Source: Chiloscyllium plagiosum
Lineage: Eukaryota
Assembly (NCBI RefSeq): GCF_004010195.1
Contig: NC_057718.1
Span: 77,078,079 to 77,142,078 of the forward strand
Direction: 5' to 3'
Length of the DNA: 64,000 bases
Shown: positions 37,501-49,719 of the stretch, piece after piece
Numbering within the stretch: position 1 is the first letter of the stretch
How the letters are laid out: the number at the start of each line of letters is the position of its first letter
Position numbers and translations under genes: made by a program
The notes under the pieces: model-generated
Told to the model about the DNA's origin: nothing
The model's input: only the letters and a program-made list of their open reading frames with translations
Databases searched by the model: none

Positions 37501-37835
37501 CCTTTGTTAGTCCTGATAGACCTCCGAGTGTTTAGGACTTCACTCAGGCAGCCATTTTCTACTCAAAAACTGTTGAGCCAATCAAGATGAATCTTTCAAC
37601 CAATTTCACCCCATCAGGCCTGTGCTCAAGCCTTTTACTATAATCAGTGGAACTGAACCAGTGCTCCTCATATGACACCGGAATTGAAGTTGTACCCTTA
37701 ATCTGTAAAGGTTCTCTGGTCCTTGGGTTCTCAGTTTAGCCAAGATCTTATGCTACCTAAAGAGCTGGAGTCCGGATTGATTTTCTTAAAGGTTGGCTCT
37801 GCAATCACTGATGCAACCATGCCGGTATCGATCTA
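34518..37835 (-). mobile_element. Ty3/Gypsy LTR retrotransposon, 5'-truncated and decayed (PR-RT-RH-INT, polypurine tract, 3' LTR)
   Basis: Minus strand: IDTG (protease, ~37820), RFCGNFK, YQYTRLPF.VSSA.AIFQR, YLDD (RT), EKEGLAVIF..RFHQYL..VTDHKP (RNase H), VDHVGPF, GLPETLVTDN..HPLSSGLAERSVQTLK (integrase). Polypurine tract agagggagaggga (34754-34766) directly precedes a TGTAATG LTR start at 34753. Confidence 0.92.
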
Positions 37836-37869
37836 CATTAGAACTAATTTTAGTATCATCAACTAATCA

Positions 37870-38230
37870 CAGAATCACAGAAGTATACAATGGAAACAGC
37901 ATTTCTTTCTTTACCTTATCAAAACCTACCTTTGTCTTGCATACATCTATTAAATATCCCTTCAGTCTCTTTTCCTTTAAAGTAAGCAGCTTCTTGAGTT
38001 AACCTTGAAATTGAATGTCCCCAAATCTGGAACCATTTGGTTTGTCTTCTCTGCACTGATTCACGTAACCTCACTTTCTTCCTAAAGTGTGGTGACCAGA
38101 ACTGAACATAATACTTTAGTTACAACCTAACCAAAACTTTACAAAAGTTCAGCATAACTCCCCTGATGTTTGTATTTCATACCCCTTTATATGAAGCTCA
38201 AGACTGCATAAGCTTTACTAATAACATTGT
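37870..38230 (-). mobile_element. Degenerate CR1 3' fragment
   Basis: Tail cacagaatcacagaa; aaagtgtggtgaccagaactgaacataatact is the reverse of the EY.VQFWSPH motif. Confidence 0.55.
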
Positions 38231-38559
38231 CTACTTCTCTCTGGAGTGATAAAACAAGTGCATACCACCACTTGCTGTTTTGTTCTGCTGTTGAGCGAAT
38301 TATTCTGGCAAACTAACCCTCATTCCACAAAACTCAATTTTTTTAAGAAGCCTTTTAGCTGGTCCTATTTCCAATTCTTCCTTAAAATCCACTTTTGAAA
38401 CATCAGCCTTTTGCTTATTCAATCTTCTTTGTTCATCAAAAAAAAATCAGTTGGAGTAGTTGAGTACAATTAATCCATTACTCACCTTTCCAAGTGACTG
38501 AGTGTGAGCAGTTGTGGGCACCACAGTTTTATGTTAGCTATATTATCTCAGTGGGACAC

Positions 38560-38670
38560 TTCTGAAGAAGGGTCACTGAACCTTAAACATTAACTCTCAC
38601 AGATGCTACCAGAACTGCTGATCCAGCAGTTTCTGTTTTTATTTCTGATTACCAGCATCTGAAGTCTTTT
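38560..38670 (+). mobile_element. Family C fragment with hammerhead-like motif
   Basis: ttctgaagaagggtcactgaaccttaaacattaactc...cacagatgctaccag. Confidence 0.65.
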
Positions 38671-38699
38671 TTTTTGTCTTCAGTGGGATTCAGCAAATA

Positions 38700-39125
38700 T
38701 TTACTTGAATAATAACTGGACTTCAAAGATTAAATTACATGGAAAGCTTAAACAAACTGAAGTTGTATTTCATGCAAAGTAAAGATTCAGAGATATTGTT
38801 GTTGATGTTTTCAAGATATTGAAATGAACAGATTAGTATAAATTATTTTCACTATTTGGGGAATCTGGCATTAGATACATCATCAAAGAAATTGAAAGAC
38901 AAACCTTTCAGGAGTGAAATTAGGAACCATTTGTACACGCAAAGGAAGCTCAGGTCTCTTTAGAAGTTGGCAATCGATACTAGCTCAATTGTTAATTTTA
39001 AATCTGTGATACATAGATTTTTATTTACCTAAGCTATTAAAGGAATGGGGCAAAGGCAGGTTCATGGAACTATACCATGATTTCATTGAATCACACGACA
39101 GGCTCAAAGAAGTTAAAATGTTCCT
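38700..39125 (+). mobile_element. Degenerate CR1 3' end
   Basis: Resembles the CR1 3' ends at 27700-28178 and 42030-42620. Confidence 0.5.
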
Positions 39126-39545
39126 GAACCATGTTAATATAAACATGCATTAGAATCTCAAGTGCCTTCAAATGGACTCATGTTTGTTTACCTCCCTAAC
39201 ACAGAGAGCTGCTTACTCAGCTGTGTGTTACATAGACTTTTGTATTTTCCAGGTGCTGATAGTTCATTAGCATCAACAACTACCAAAAGAATGTCAAGGT
39301 TTACTTGTATAAATTTCTAAAATAAATCTATGTTTTCACTTGGCTTTGTAGTTTAGTTGACAAAAATAGCAGGCTGATTAGAAAAGTTGTAGTTTTCAAA
39401 GCAACCTTGAGGATCTGGAGCTCCACAGTTATTCTTCCAGCATCTTGTTCTGTCTTTAGGAAAATAGTGTAAATACCTGGAATTATTGGGGAGAAAGTTG
39501 CATACAACTCAGTGCTGCAAAAAAGAACTTCACACACATTACAAA

Positions 39546-40369
39546 CGAGATTTGAGGAGATTTGTAGCTCAGGTTGAGGTTTTGGATGGAGGTTTGCTCA
39601 CTGAGCTGAAAGGTTCATTTCCGGACGTTTCACTACCTTACTAAGTAATATCTTCAGTGGACCTCGTGCGAAGCAATGCTGACAATTCCTGCTTTCTATT
39701 TATACGTTTGGGTTTCTTTGAGTTGGTGATGTCATTTCCTGTGGTGATGTTATTTCCGGTGGTGAAATCACTTTCTGTTCCTTTTCTCAGGGGTGTAGAT
39801 GGGGTCTAACTCTATGTGCTTGTTGATAGAGTTCCGGTTGGAATGCTATGCTTCTAGGAATTCTCATGCGTGTCTTTGTTGGCTTGTCCTAGGATGAATG
39901 TACAAAATACCATGCAAGGACTGCAACAAACACTACATTGGACAAACTGGCAGAAAACTAGCCACCAGGATACATGAACACTAACTAGCAACAAAACGAC
40001 ATGGCCTTCTCTCATTAGTATCCTCACATATAGATGAGGAAGGACACCACTTCGACTGGGACAATACATTCATCCTAGGACAAGCTAAACAAAGACACGC
40101 ATGAGAATTCCTAGAAGTATGGCATTCCAAGCGGAACTCTATCAACAAACACATCGAGTTAGACCCCATCTACCACCCCCTGAGAAAAGGAACAGGAAGT
40201 GACTTCAACACAGGAAATAACATCACCAACCCAAAGAAACCCAAACATATAAATAGAAAGCAGGAATTTTCAGCATTGCATTGCATGAGGTCCACTGATG
40301 ATGGTACCTAGTAAGGTATTGAAACATCTGGAAAGGAACCTTTCAGCTCAGTGAGCAAACCTCCATCCA
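39546..40369. mobile_element. Family D Penelope 3' portion as a head-to-head inverted duplication
   Basis: 39546-~39900 is the 3' end on the minus strand; ~39900-40369 is the GIY-YIG (YKIPCKDCNKHYIGQTGRKLATRIHEH) plus 3' end on the plus strand. TSD acacat(t/c)acaaa at 39534-39545 and 40370-40381. Confidence 0.9.
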
Positions 40370-40461
40370 ACACATCACAAAATCACAGTTGCTTTGGCAC
40401 CAAAGGATGTCATTCAGCCTGTCATGTCTGTGTCAGTTTTCTGAAGAAGAAATGAATTTAA

Positions 40462-40762
40462 TGCTCAGTCGTTAACATTGCTGCTTTACAGTGCCAGGAA
40501 CTCAGGTTCAATTCCAGCCTTGTGTGACTGTCTTTTTGGAATTTGCATATTCTTCCTGTGGGTTACCTCCCATGGTTCAAGATGTGCGGGTGAGGTGGAC
40601 TGGCCAAGATATATGGCCCCATAGTGTCCAGGGCTGTGCAAACTAAGTGGATTAGCCATGGTAAATGCTTGGTGGGCTGTGCCTGGGTGAGATGCTCTTT
40701 AGAGGGTCATGCAGACTTGATGATCTGAATGACCTCTTTTTGCACTGTAATAATTCTATGAT
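40462..40762 (+). mobile_element. Diverged HE1/V-SINE-type SINE
   Basis: gctcagtcgttaacattgctgc..ggttcaattcc..; tail attctatgatt. Confidence 0.7.
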
Positions 40763-41054
40763 TACTGCTACTCTCCTGGCTTCTGTCCATAGTTCTGAAC
40801 ATTTTTTTTTCTTTTCAGTTGATTCAATTTCCTGTTTGAATTTTCTGTTTGAACCTGTCTCCATTGTGCACTGTGCATTTTAGAACTCAACCACTTACTG
40901 TGTAAATGGCTTTTCTTCTTGTCTCCATTATTTCTTTTGTCTTAATACTGGGACCTCCTGTTCTCAGTAATTTTATCAATGTATAACAGTTTTCTCTCCA
41001 TTGACTGTCTCTATGTCACTCATGACCTTTGATACCACGAGCAAACTTCTTTTA

Positions 41055-41371
41055 AGATTAGATTAGATTCCCTATACTGTGGAAACAGGCCCTACAGCCC
41101 AAGTCCACATCGGCCCTCTAAAGACTAACCCACCCAGACCCATTTCCCTCTGATTAATGAACCTAACACTATGGGCAATTTAGCATGACAAATTCACCTG
41201 ACCTGCACATCTTTGGATTGTGGGAGGAAACTGGAGCACCCAGAGGAAACCCACACAGGCATGGGGAGAATGTGCAAACTCCACACAGACAGTTACGCCG
41301 AAGCAGGAATTGAACCTGGGTCCAAGGTGCTGTGAGGCACCAGTGCTAACCACTGAGCCACCGTGCTGCCC
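41055..41371 (-). mobile_element. Full-length HE1/V-SINE-type SINE
   Basis: Reverse complement gggcagcacggtggctcagtggttagc ... (taatc)n. Confidence 0.9.
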
Positions 41372-41669
41372 TAGAGAAGGTTCTTTCATCTTTCTCTTCT
41401 CCAATGCAAAAATTCCACACTTCTGTCTATGTAACTGAAATTCCTCATTCCTGGAACCATCCTTATTAATTCCTTCTGCTCTGTCTCTAATGCCTTCACA
41501 CATTTACTGAAGTGTAGCACTCAGAAATAGATGCAAGGCTCCGCTTAAGGCTGAATGAGTGTTCTATGCAAGTTTAACATAACCTATTCACTTTGTTACT
41601 CCAATTTAGAATTATTACAAAAAAAATGGAAAATGTTCTCTAACACAGTATTCTCTACCATGTCACCAG

Positions 41670-41784
41670 GTACAGAACCAATAGCAGGGTCAGTCAATGA
41701 GACATCAGATGGAGCAGCTCCAACAATTGATGGAACAGCAGCAGAAACTTATCAAGTTGCTCTCACTGCCTATGGCCAACCAAG
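41670..41784 (+). CDS. Putative exon of a CENPJ/CPAP (TCP10-family)-like gene; in-frame TAG at 41682-41684, possible start at ATG 41697
   Basis: Reads VQNQ*QGQSMRHQMEQLQQLMEQQQKLIKLLSLPMANQ, which resembles the CENPJ N-terminal coiled coil [34 protein letters not shown] (human, from memory). Flanked by AG acceptors (ending 41648 or 41669) and donor AAG|GTATTG. Unique sequence between repeats. Confidence 0.5.
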
Positions 41785-41896
41785 GTATTGCTCTGTTTTG
41801 AAAATGTCTTCAAAAGATGTTCTGTCAGGTACAAAAGGCATTTTAAATGCCCTCTATTACTGAAACTTAAATGATATTGGTCAACTAAATTTAATA

Positions 41897-42027
41897 GGAG
41901 AAAGCGAGGACTGCAGATACCGGAGATCAGAGTCGAAGTGTTTGGCACTGGAAAAGCACAGGTGGTCAGGCAGCATCCGAGGAGCAGGAAAATCGACGTT
42001 TCGGGCAAAAGCCCTTCATCAGGAATC
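41897..42027 (-). mobile_element. Family A PLE terminal fragment with intact hammerhead core
   Basis: Minus strand 41995-42022: ctgatga-a-gggc-tttt-gccc-gaaacgtc. Confidence 0.85.
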
Positions 42028-42029
42028 AA

Positions 42030-42625
42030 CTGTTGCAACTGTGCAAGGCATTTGTGAGACTGCACCTAAAATATTGCATACAATTTTGGACCCCTTACTT
42101 GAGCTAGGATGTAGTTGTATTAGAAGTGGTTTAGAGGAGGTTCAGTAGATTGATTCCAGTGATGAAGGGTTTGTCTTATTAAGAGAGATTGAGCAGTTCA
42201 GACTTCTACCCTCTGGAGTTTAGAAAAATGAGAGGTGATCTGATTGACGTATATAAGATGCTATAGGGTATTGACAAGGCAGACACAGAAAGGATGTTTC
42301 TTCATGTAAAGCAGTCTAGAACAAGGGCTCACTGTTTTAGGGTAATGGGTAACAGAATTAAAACAGAGATGAAACGAAATTACTTCTCTCAAAGGTCATG
42401 AATCTGTGGAATTCACTTACCCAGAGTGCAGTTGATCCTGGGACATTGAGTAAGTTTATGAAGAGGGACATTTTTAATTAGTAGCGAGTTTAAGGGTTAT
42501 GAAGAGCGGGCAGGTAAGTGGAATTTAGGCTGAGATGAGATCAACTGTGATCATATCAAATGGCGGAGCAGGCTCGAAGGGCTGAACTTCCTACTCCTGC
42601 TCCAAGTTCTTATGTTTTATGTTCT
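42030..42625 (+). mobile_element. CR1 LINE 3' end
   Basis: Relics of L.RLHLKYC.QFW.P, LEFRKMRGDLIDVYK; tail ttcttatgttttatgttctt. Confidence 0.75.
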
Positions 42626-42701
42626 TGCATTCCTGGGAGAGCCTAGTTACATAAGAATGCAGTTACTTGTAGACGTTTGGTTAACTGTGACTGACAACTA
42701 T

Positions 42702-45700
42702 GGACAGAATTTTACTAAAAATCCACCTAATTGTCAATTTTGTGGACTTACGTGGAGGATTTCCCTCCGTAGCCCTCACGAGTTTTCTCTCAATTTCATG
42801 CTGCTCATCTCATTATTTATGTCATGACTCCATTGCACTGTAGTCACACTATCGTGTGCTCACCAGCAGCAGAACCATTTGTCATTTGGAACCTTCTGGG
42901 ATTTCTGCTGCCTATTTCAAATCCAGCTGTGCACCTGATCAATCATTGCAAGCCAGGAACTTCCCTTCACAATTGCAATGTCATAAGAACCATCCAAGAG
43001 ATGCTAGTAGAGGCAAGTTGGCATCCTGATTTGCTGATCAGGACCCAGAAGTCCTGATGGATGGTGTGGTGAAGAGTAGGGTCAACCTCTTTCCTCAGGA
43101 CTGTTAGGGACAATAATGCCACTGTTAGCCTTTTCAAAATCTGCCACTTGGATCAGTGCGATGACTGCAGTCTGAAGGAATATGCAGCAATGCAGGAAAA
43201 AGATTTTATAATCTTTTGTGCTCTGTGAGGGAAAGTGCCAGCATTTTTTCTCTATTACCACACACTCACTCTAACTCTGCTCCTGCACCCATCTCTTCAT
43301 CATTTAGCATTCTCACTCCTGGCGCAGCATCTTCTCTCACTCACTCTCACCCATCTCAACCTCCAAAACTAATAGCCTTGCATACTTTCTGTGTTGCCTA
43401 CTCAGTCACTCAGGACACCTCATCATGTTTTCACCATCCACACCACAGTTGGTCGCTTTCATTTCACTCAATCCCTGTACATGTCTAATTCCAGGAGAAA
43501 ACATCCAACAGTAGGGTGGAGAGAGCCCAGATGGATGACTGGGTACTCGATGGCTGTCTTCTCATTCTGTACAAGGGAAGAATCTTTGCCCTTGTAAGAG
43601 AAGACCATGCCTGCTAATGTGATGATGCATAGACTTCCAATCTTGTCATCCACGATTCATCATAAAGTACTGCATTGTGTAGTCTTAACATGTCCAAATT
43701 TCAACTCCTATTTATTCTATCTCCTGTCTCCTGTAGGCATCAGTGTTATCTGTATATCTCCTCTTGAAGAGACTAGCCACTCAAAACATCCTCTCCTCCT
43801 TTACCTCTGAGGAAAAAAACCATAGTTTACTTATGCAAAGCTGTCTCCTGCAATCTCCATCAGCACAGAAACCTCATTGGTATTTTAGCTGACGTGCAGT
43901 TGAGAGCATGCTTTGGTGAGCACTTCACTTCCACCTGTGCAGCTGGCACATGAAGAAATGTCCCAGATCACTGCTACTTAGACTGCTAGAGGCTAGACAC
44001 TTGCTCTGCCCCTTGTAGGAAAGGAGTCCATGGCATTGCCTTTAATAACTTCATTCAAATGGATGAGTTGACACGAGCAGCAGGCAGGTTTGTCAGAGAT
44101 ACTCGGTAAACTGAATCGAAGGTTAGAGAAGTCCGCCAACAGTAACTGTATATAAATGTCTACATGGACAGTTGGTGGTTGTCATGGACAGCCATATCAA
44201 TGATACTTAGTATATGCTGGCTACACACACACACATCTGCATCCAGGCCAGGCTAATGGTTTTCAGCCCCAATGGCAAGGCAATAGGGAGACACGGGGTC
44301 TTGACCTTGCTCTGGTTGTCCCTGCTTCGCAAGGATGGTGGTACCATCAGGCCCCCAGCTGGAGCACGAACCCCAGAAGTTTTCTCTTAGTGCCAGACCC
44401 TACACTTTTATCATGTCTGCAAAGCCCAACCCAAGTTCAAGCCCAGGAGGATGAATCTGCATCTGACCAAGATAGACTCATGATATCTGGGTCTTCTGGC
44501 CACAAGTACCACTAGGATGCTATGCAAAATTCCAAGGCTAACAGGGTCCAGTATAAGGCAAGTTCTCTTCACCCCTACTGTGGACAGTGGGACTGTACCT
44601 AGACATATTGGGAGGCAAGGGAAAAAGAAAACCTCAGGGCATAAACGTAACATGGGTGACATTTCATTGTAAATACATTAGGAATATATTTCACTTTTCA
44701 TCATCATCTGTATGAGCAAATATCATTTTAGCTGCAACTACAAGAACAAAAGTAGAGGGTCTAGTTATCCCTAACACTGCACAATGGGTGAGTGCCACTT
44801 TTTCCATAGTACCCATCCATGGAACTTTGTTATGATTAAATAAGAAAGCTTTGAATGTCATGGGAAGGCTTCCAACCATTCTTATTTAACCATTTTGTTT
44901 AAAACAGGTAGAAAGTTCAAACTATTAAGTTGCATTTGCAAATGGGATTATATAGAGGATGCTGGCCTCAGTAGCATCAAAACATTTATAATCAAGGATT
45001 ATTTCACACAACTCTGTTCCATTGAATGAGATTCACAAAGAAGACCTACCTGCTTTGGCTGGTGCTTCTGCTTTGTAGGATGCTGAAGTGCTGTTCCATC
45101 TGAAGAACATCTTCATATTCTTATTTGGCAGAAAGCTGCAGCACTCGTTAAACCTCATTGTCTATCCAAAACCTCAGTGCATTCTTCAGGGGTCCAGAGA
45201 TTTCAAAGATTGCTACTGGAAGCGCCAGATATGATTTACATGGATACCTGATGTGAAGGAACTATCTTATGGTCCTTATTGATCCCAGTGGAAGAGGGCA
45301 TTGCAAGGCAGATATGATGGACATCATGATATGACATTCTGACTGACACTTCTAGGCAGGTATTGGATCATTGCCCTTCTCTATCTGCATGATGTTCCAT
45401 GGAAGGCAAACAATGGCAACTCTTCTGCATCTTTGTTGCATCATGGCAGCATCTGTGGCTGCAAGCTCCCCAATAGGAGATGTCTCCATATTTGCTGGAG
45501 GTTAATGCTGGATCTGGGCTTCCAGGCTTATATGTGTCTCATCCATTCATGTGATAGCTCTTAGTGTAATGGCCACAGAGATGCCCACAACTTCCATGCC
45601 TGGATCCATTAAATATGGTTACAGTGAGTCTTATTGGTCAATATCAGAAGCAAAGTAGCTCCTCATTGTATAATTATTCAGTAGTCACAGAACACACAAA

Positions 45701-48229
45701 TAACATTTAAAAAACATTCTCCAAGCATTGGGACAAGGAGAGCCCTACAAAGAGACCAGTGAAATGTCTCTAAATGTAGTCTGTACATCAATACACTGAA
45801 GGTAAGGTAGGTTGCTCAAGCCTTTTTGGTGTCAGAGATTGTATAGGTGGTGGCAGTAGTGCAGACATTTCCTCTAAACCCCAACCTCCATAAAATCCAA
45901 GAAAGGCAGCATTGCATACAGTAAGATGTTGTGGAAGTTTATTAGTCCAAGGTATGAAGACAGCAGCTCCTGCAACCTGCGGAGGCTATGAAATGTGGAA
46001 GGTGATTACTACTTTAGCAACTAAGGAGATAATTTCCTGCCTACATTATATTACTTGTTCTTCACAGCTACTAATAGGATTAATTTGCAATGTTGAATGA
46101 TGTGGTCAAGATTACTTGTGGCCAGGACTTTTAGTTGACATAGTAGGCCAATGCATGAGGTTGACCTGTGATAACAGACCTTTTATTTGCACTGTGTAAG
46201 TGACTATTTAATGCTATTGCCCTTCGGAGAGTATCATATTGCAGAAAAGTAGAGCACCGTCCTTCAGCAAAATGGACATAAGTTGCGGCAGCCATTTTCT
46301 CTTTTGATTGCGCACTTATGATTTGGGTAGGTTAGAAGGCAACACAGATAACACTTCACAGAATGTGTCACAAACTCAGCCTCTCAATTTACATGATCAT
46401 CACTCCACAAACCTTCATACTCCATTCTGCCTTGCTCTTCCTGTTCACCCTATTGGCTTTGATTTTCCCCAGATTCCCATCCAACCCAGTTTTGTGACTG
46501 CTCAGCTCCCAATGTTGTTCCCTGAGCCACAGACATACAGCTTAGTCCTGCACTCTTTTTGTACCCCTTCAAAACAAGCATGGTGGTGCCTGTTTATGAT
46601 AGCACCTCCCGCAGTATATGTTGAATTTCCCCTCTTCACAATTATTGACCCCTCTGCATCTCAGCATGCTGCCTCTACAATTGAATTCCCCAGCATCCCT
46701 GCCACAACTGTCATCCCGATGATCTCCTTGACTTTTGATGGACAGACCCCTTGATTGACCAAGGCAAGCCTCCCCTAAACAACTTGGAAAGGCAGCCCTG
46801 ATCAGTGAGTGATGAGAGCTCTAACTGTTCTCTGTACAGCCTTCTGACTGACCAATTGCCAATCAGCAGACTTGTTGAACTGGACTTGACCATGGTTCAT
46901 GCCCAGGTGGCTGACTGACAACCCCCTGGTGTGAGATTGGACAATGACCTTGACTTACTGTGCCAATATCCCCTGTCTAAAAACAGTCTCTGTACACTTG
47001 TCTGAGGGCTTAACCCCTTATACTTTGAGACATGGTCCTTTGGTTGAAGCACATGCAATGTGTTCACTGGATAGACTGCAGGCACATGCTGCAGTGTGAA
47101 GTTAACGTGGGACATTACTGTACAGCTACATGTTCATCCCTTTGAGTGATCACTGTTGACAACCACGACTAGCTTATGGCTGAACTGAAGGACAAGGCGG
47201 CAAAGAGCACTGTGAGTCTGTGAGTTCTGAACAAGGTTGTCAAAGGGCAAAAAGGCAAGGCATGGTAGAGAGGCTGTGAGCATCCAAATAGGTGCAGAAT
47301 GAGTGTACATGCTGACAGAGCAAACAAAGTGCCCTGAGATGCATCCTGGTGCAATCCATGAGATGGGTACTTGTCCCTATGAGCAAAGTGGCTTGGTATT
47401 CACATTGCAATGCAAGATGTCTATGTATTGCAATGTGCAATACTGAAGTAGTGAGCTACATTCTAAGTGAGTCAGAAATGTACCATAGGGCCATAGTCAG
47501 GGTGCGTCCAATGTTAACCTATGTAGATGGGGCATGCAAGTGATCACTGCCTGTGGGCGGCATGGTGGCACAGTGGTTAGCACTGCTGCTTCACAGCATC
47601 AGAGACCCGGGTTCAATTCCCGCCTCAGGCGACTCTCTGTGTGGAGTTTGCACATTATCCCCGTATCTGCGTGGGTTTCCTCCGGGTGCTCCGGTTTCCT
47701 CCCACAATCCAAAAATGTGCAGGTTAGGTGAATTGGCCATGCTAAATTGCCGTAGTGTTAGGTAAAGGGGTAAATGTAGGGGAATGGGTCTGGGTGGGTT
47801 GCGCTTTGGCGGGTCGGTGTGGACTTGTTGGGCCGAAGGGCCTGTTTCCACGCTTGTAAGAAATCTAATCTAAGAAACATGTTGAAGACTGCTGTCCAAG
47901 ATGAAGGCCCAGAGGAGCAAACAGCAAGCAAGAGCTGCCAGATGTCCACTTTGACTTTCATGTCAGGAGTTGTCTCTGTCTCGTTTCTCAGTGTGTGGAT
48001 GAATTGGAAACTGTATAAATGAGGCGAGACTAGGTCCTAACGAGATGTAAGTAATGAAACTAGGTCTCTTGCTGCTCAAAACAGAGATTTGAGTATCTTC
48101 TTTCAAACCATGCACATAAAATGGGACTTTTTTCGCTTGATTTCAAGAATATCATTTTTTTGATCTTGCCATGTTTTCCCAACTGACTTGCTATTGCCCA
48201 CTTCATTCATGGCCTGGAAAATTCAGCCT
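42702..48229. mobile_element. Candidate degenerate PIF/Harbinger element with Myb/SANT-like ORF relic
   Basis: Imperfect 14-bp TIRs ggacagaattttac (42702-42715) and ggaaaattcagcct (48216-48229), 10/14 match, both flanked by TAT. Myb-like relic at 43021-43235 (+): AS*FADQDPEVLMDGVVKSRVNLFPQD...RNMQQCRKK. Confidence 0.5.
47555..47872 (+). mobile_element. Full-length young HE1/V-SINE-type SINE
   Basis: gggcggcatggtggcacagtggttagc...ggttcaattcc...aatctaatcta. Confidence 0.92.
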
Positions 48230-49346
48230 TATATCTGCATTATGAGGAGTGCTCCCTCTAGTGCTGTGGCATAATTAAGCATAGCGATACCATAAGGACC
48301 AGATTTGTTTTGCGATGTTGATTTGGGGGTACATATTGGTTGAGAGAGTGGGGTAATTTGCCTGCTTATTTTGGTAATAGTACTGTGGGATCATAAACAT
48401 CCACTTAATCAGTTAGTTTGAGGTTTCATAAAGACATTCAACTCCAAACTTCATTACTATATTGGTACAAATTGGTAAAAGTAATTTCCAGAGATGAGAT
48501 GACAATGACTGCCTTTTACACCTGCAGCATTTTACTCAAGAAACCATAGCAAAATTTAAGTAATTGGAAATTAGAAGGAAATTCTCTAATCTTTGGATCT
48601 GACAGTGTAAGTTGTAAGTTTACTTTGGGTAATGAAATACTTGCATAATAAATACTTCCACAGTGATCTCTTGATAATTCAGAACAAATAACTGATCACT
48701 GTAAACTTAAGAAAATTAAGCAATTGTCACTTCTAACGTGGATGGTGCACTGGAAATCAAAGTCTGCTGTTCTCAGAGTCATCACAACAATTAATGGTTT
48801 TATCAAACTCTGCAAAATACTGCAATTTACCTGTCATTGACTGAAAGCACAGACCAGGTTTTTGTACTTAACAAGAATTATTATTTATTACAAATAAAGT
48901 TTAGCTACAAGTAAACAATTATGAATCTTCAACATATGACTCAACTAGTTGAAACTCTAACTTTCTTATAAAACTCCTTCTGTACATAAATACAGACAGG
49001 CACTGACAGACTAAAAAAAAGTGGTGTTATGGGTGCAGGAAAGATTTGAGAAGGCAGATCAATAGTCCATGTCTACAAAATTCGCTGAGAGAATTCTTTT
49101 GGCTTACCAGGACTTGCTATTTCTCAATCCCTCTTCAACAAGTACTTTTGCTTCACTCTAAAACACATAAAGCGACTCATTCACAACATATAAAATCTCT
49201 GATTTATTGGTTAAAAGCAACAGCTTATAGGTGAAAGCAAATAAACTGGCTTTCTTCAAGCTTTAGGTATATTTTATTTTGAGGCAAAGAGAACACCTCC
49301 CTTGCCAGAGGTACAAAAGTTTCTGACTATATCATTTGAACTGACA

Positions 49347-49443
49347 GACTGTTCAGTTACTTGGGAACCAATCACAGAGTTGTTAGCAAGCAGAACATCA
49401 TTGCTAACAACTCTGTGATTGGTTCCCAAGTAACTGAACAGTC
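49347..49443. repeat. Perfect 43-bp inverted repeat with 11-nt spacer
   Basis: 49347-49389 is the exact reverse complement of 49401-49443 (checked base by base). Confidence 0.97.
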
Positions 49444-49719
49444 ACAACTCCACAGACTAATCAGCTATTTGTTGCTGGCTGAATCATACACACTCTCCAC
49501 TCCAATTCATTTAAAATAATCTTCCCTCATTGCTTGAACAAGCAAAAGTGTAAACAGAACTTAAAATAAAAGTTAGTAGCTTGCTTTTAAATGGTGCGAA
49601 AATACTACTACAATCCTTGGCTTTTTAAAGCAGTCCTTCTTCACTTTCAATCCACCACAAAAAAAAGCAGAAAAATAAAAGTATACATAGCATCTATATG
49701 CTAAGGAGTACTTAAATCT

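Noticed and set aside
41555..41863. 102-aa ORF (..MSPGTEPIAGSVNETSDG..) as the real reading frame
   Set aside because: It starts in a CR1 relic and matches nothing I recognise; the overlapping Q-rich frame resembles CENPJ. Not fully excluded.
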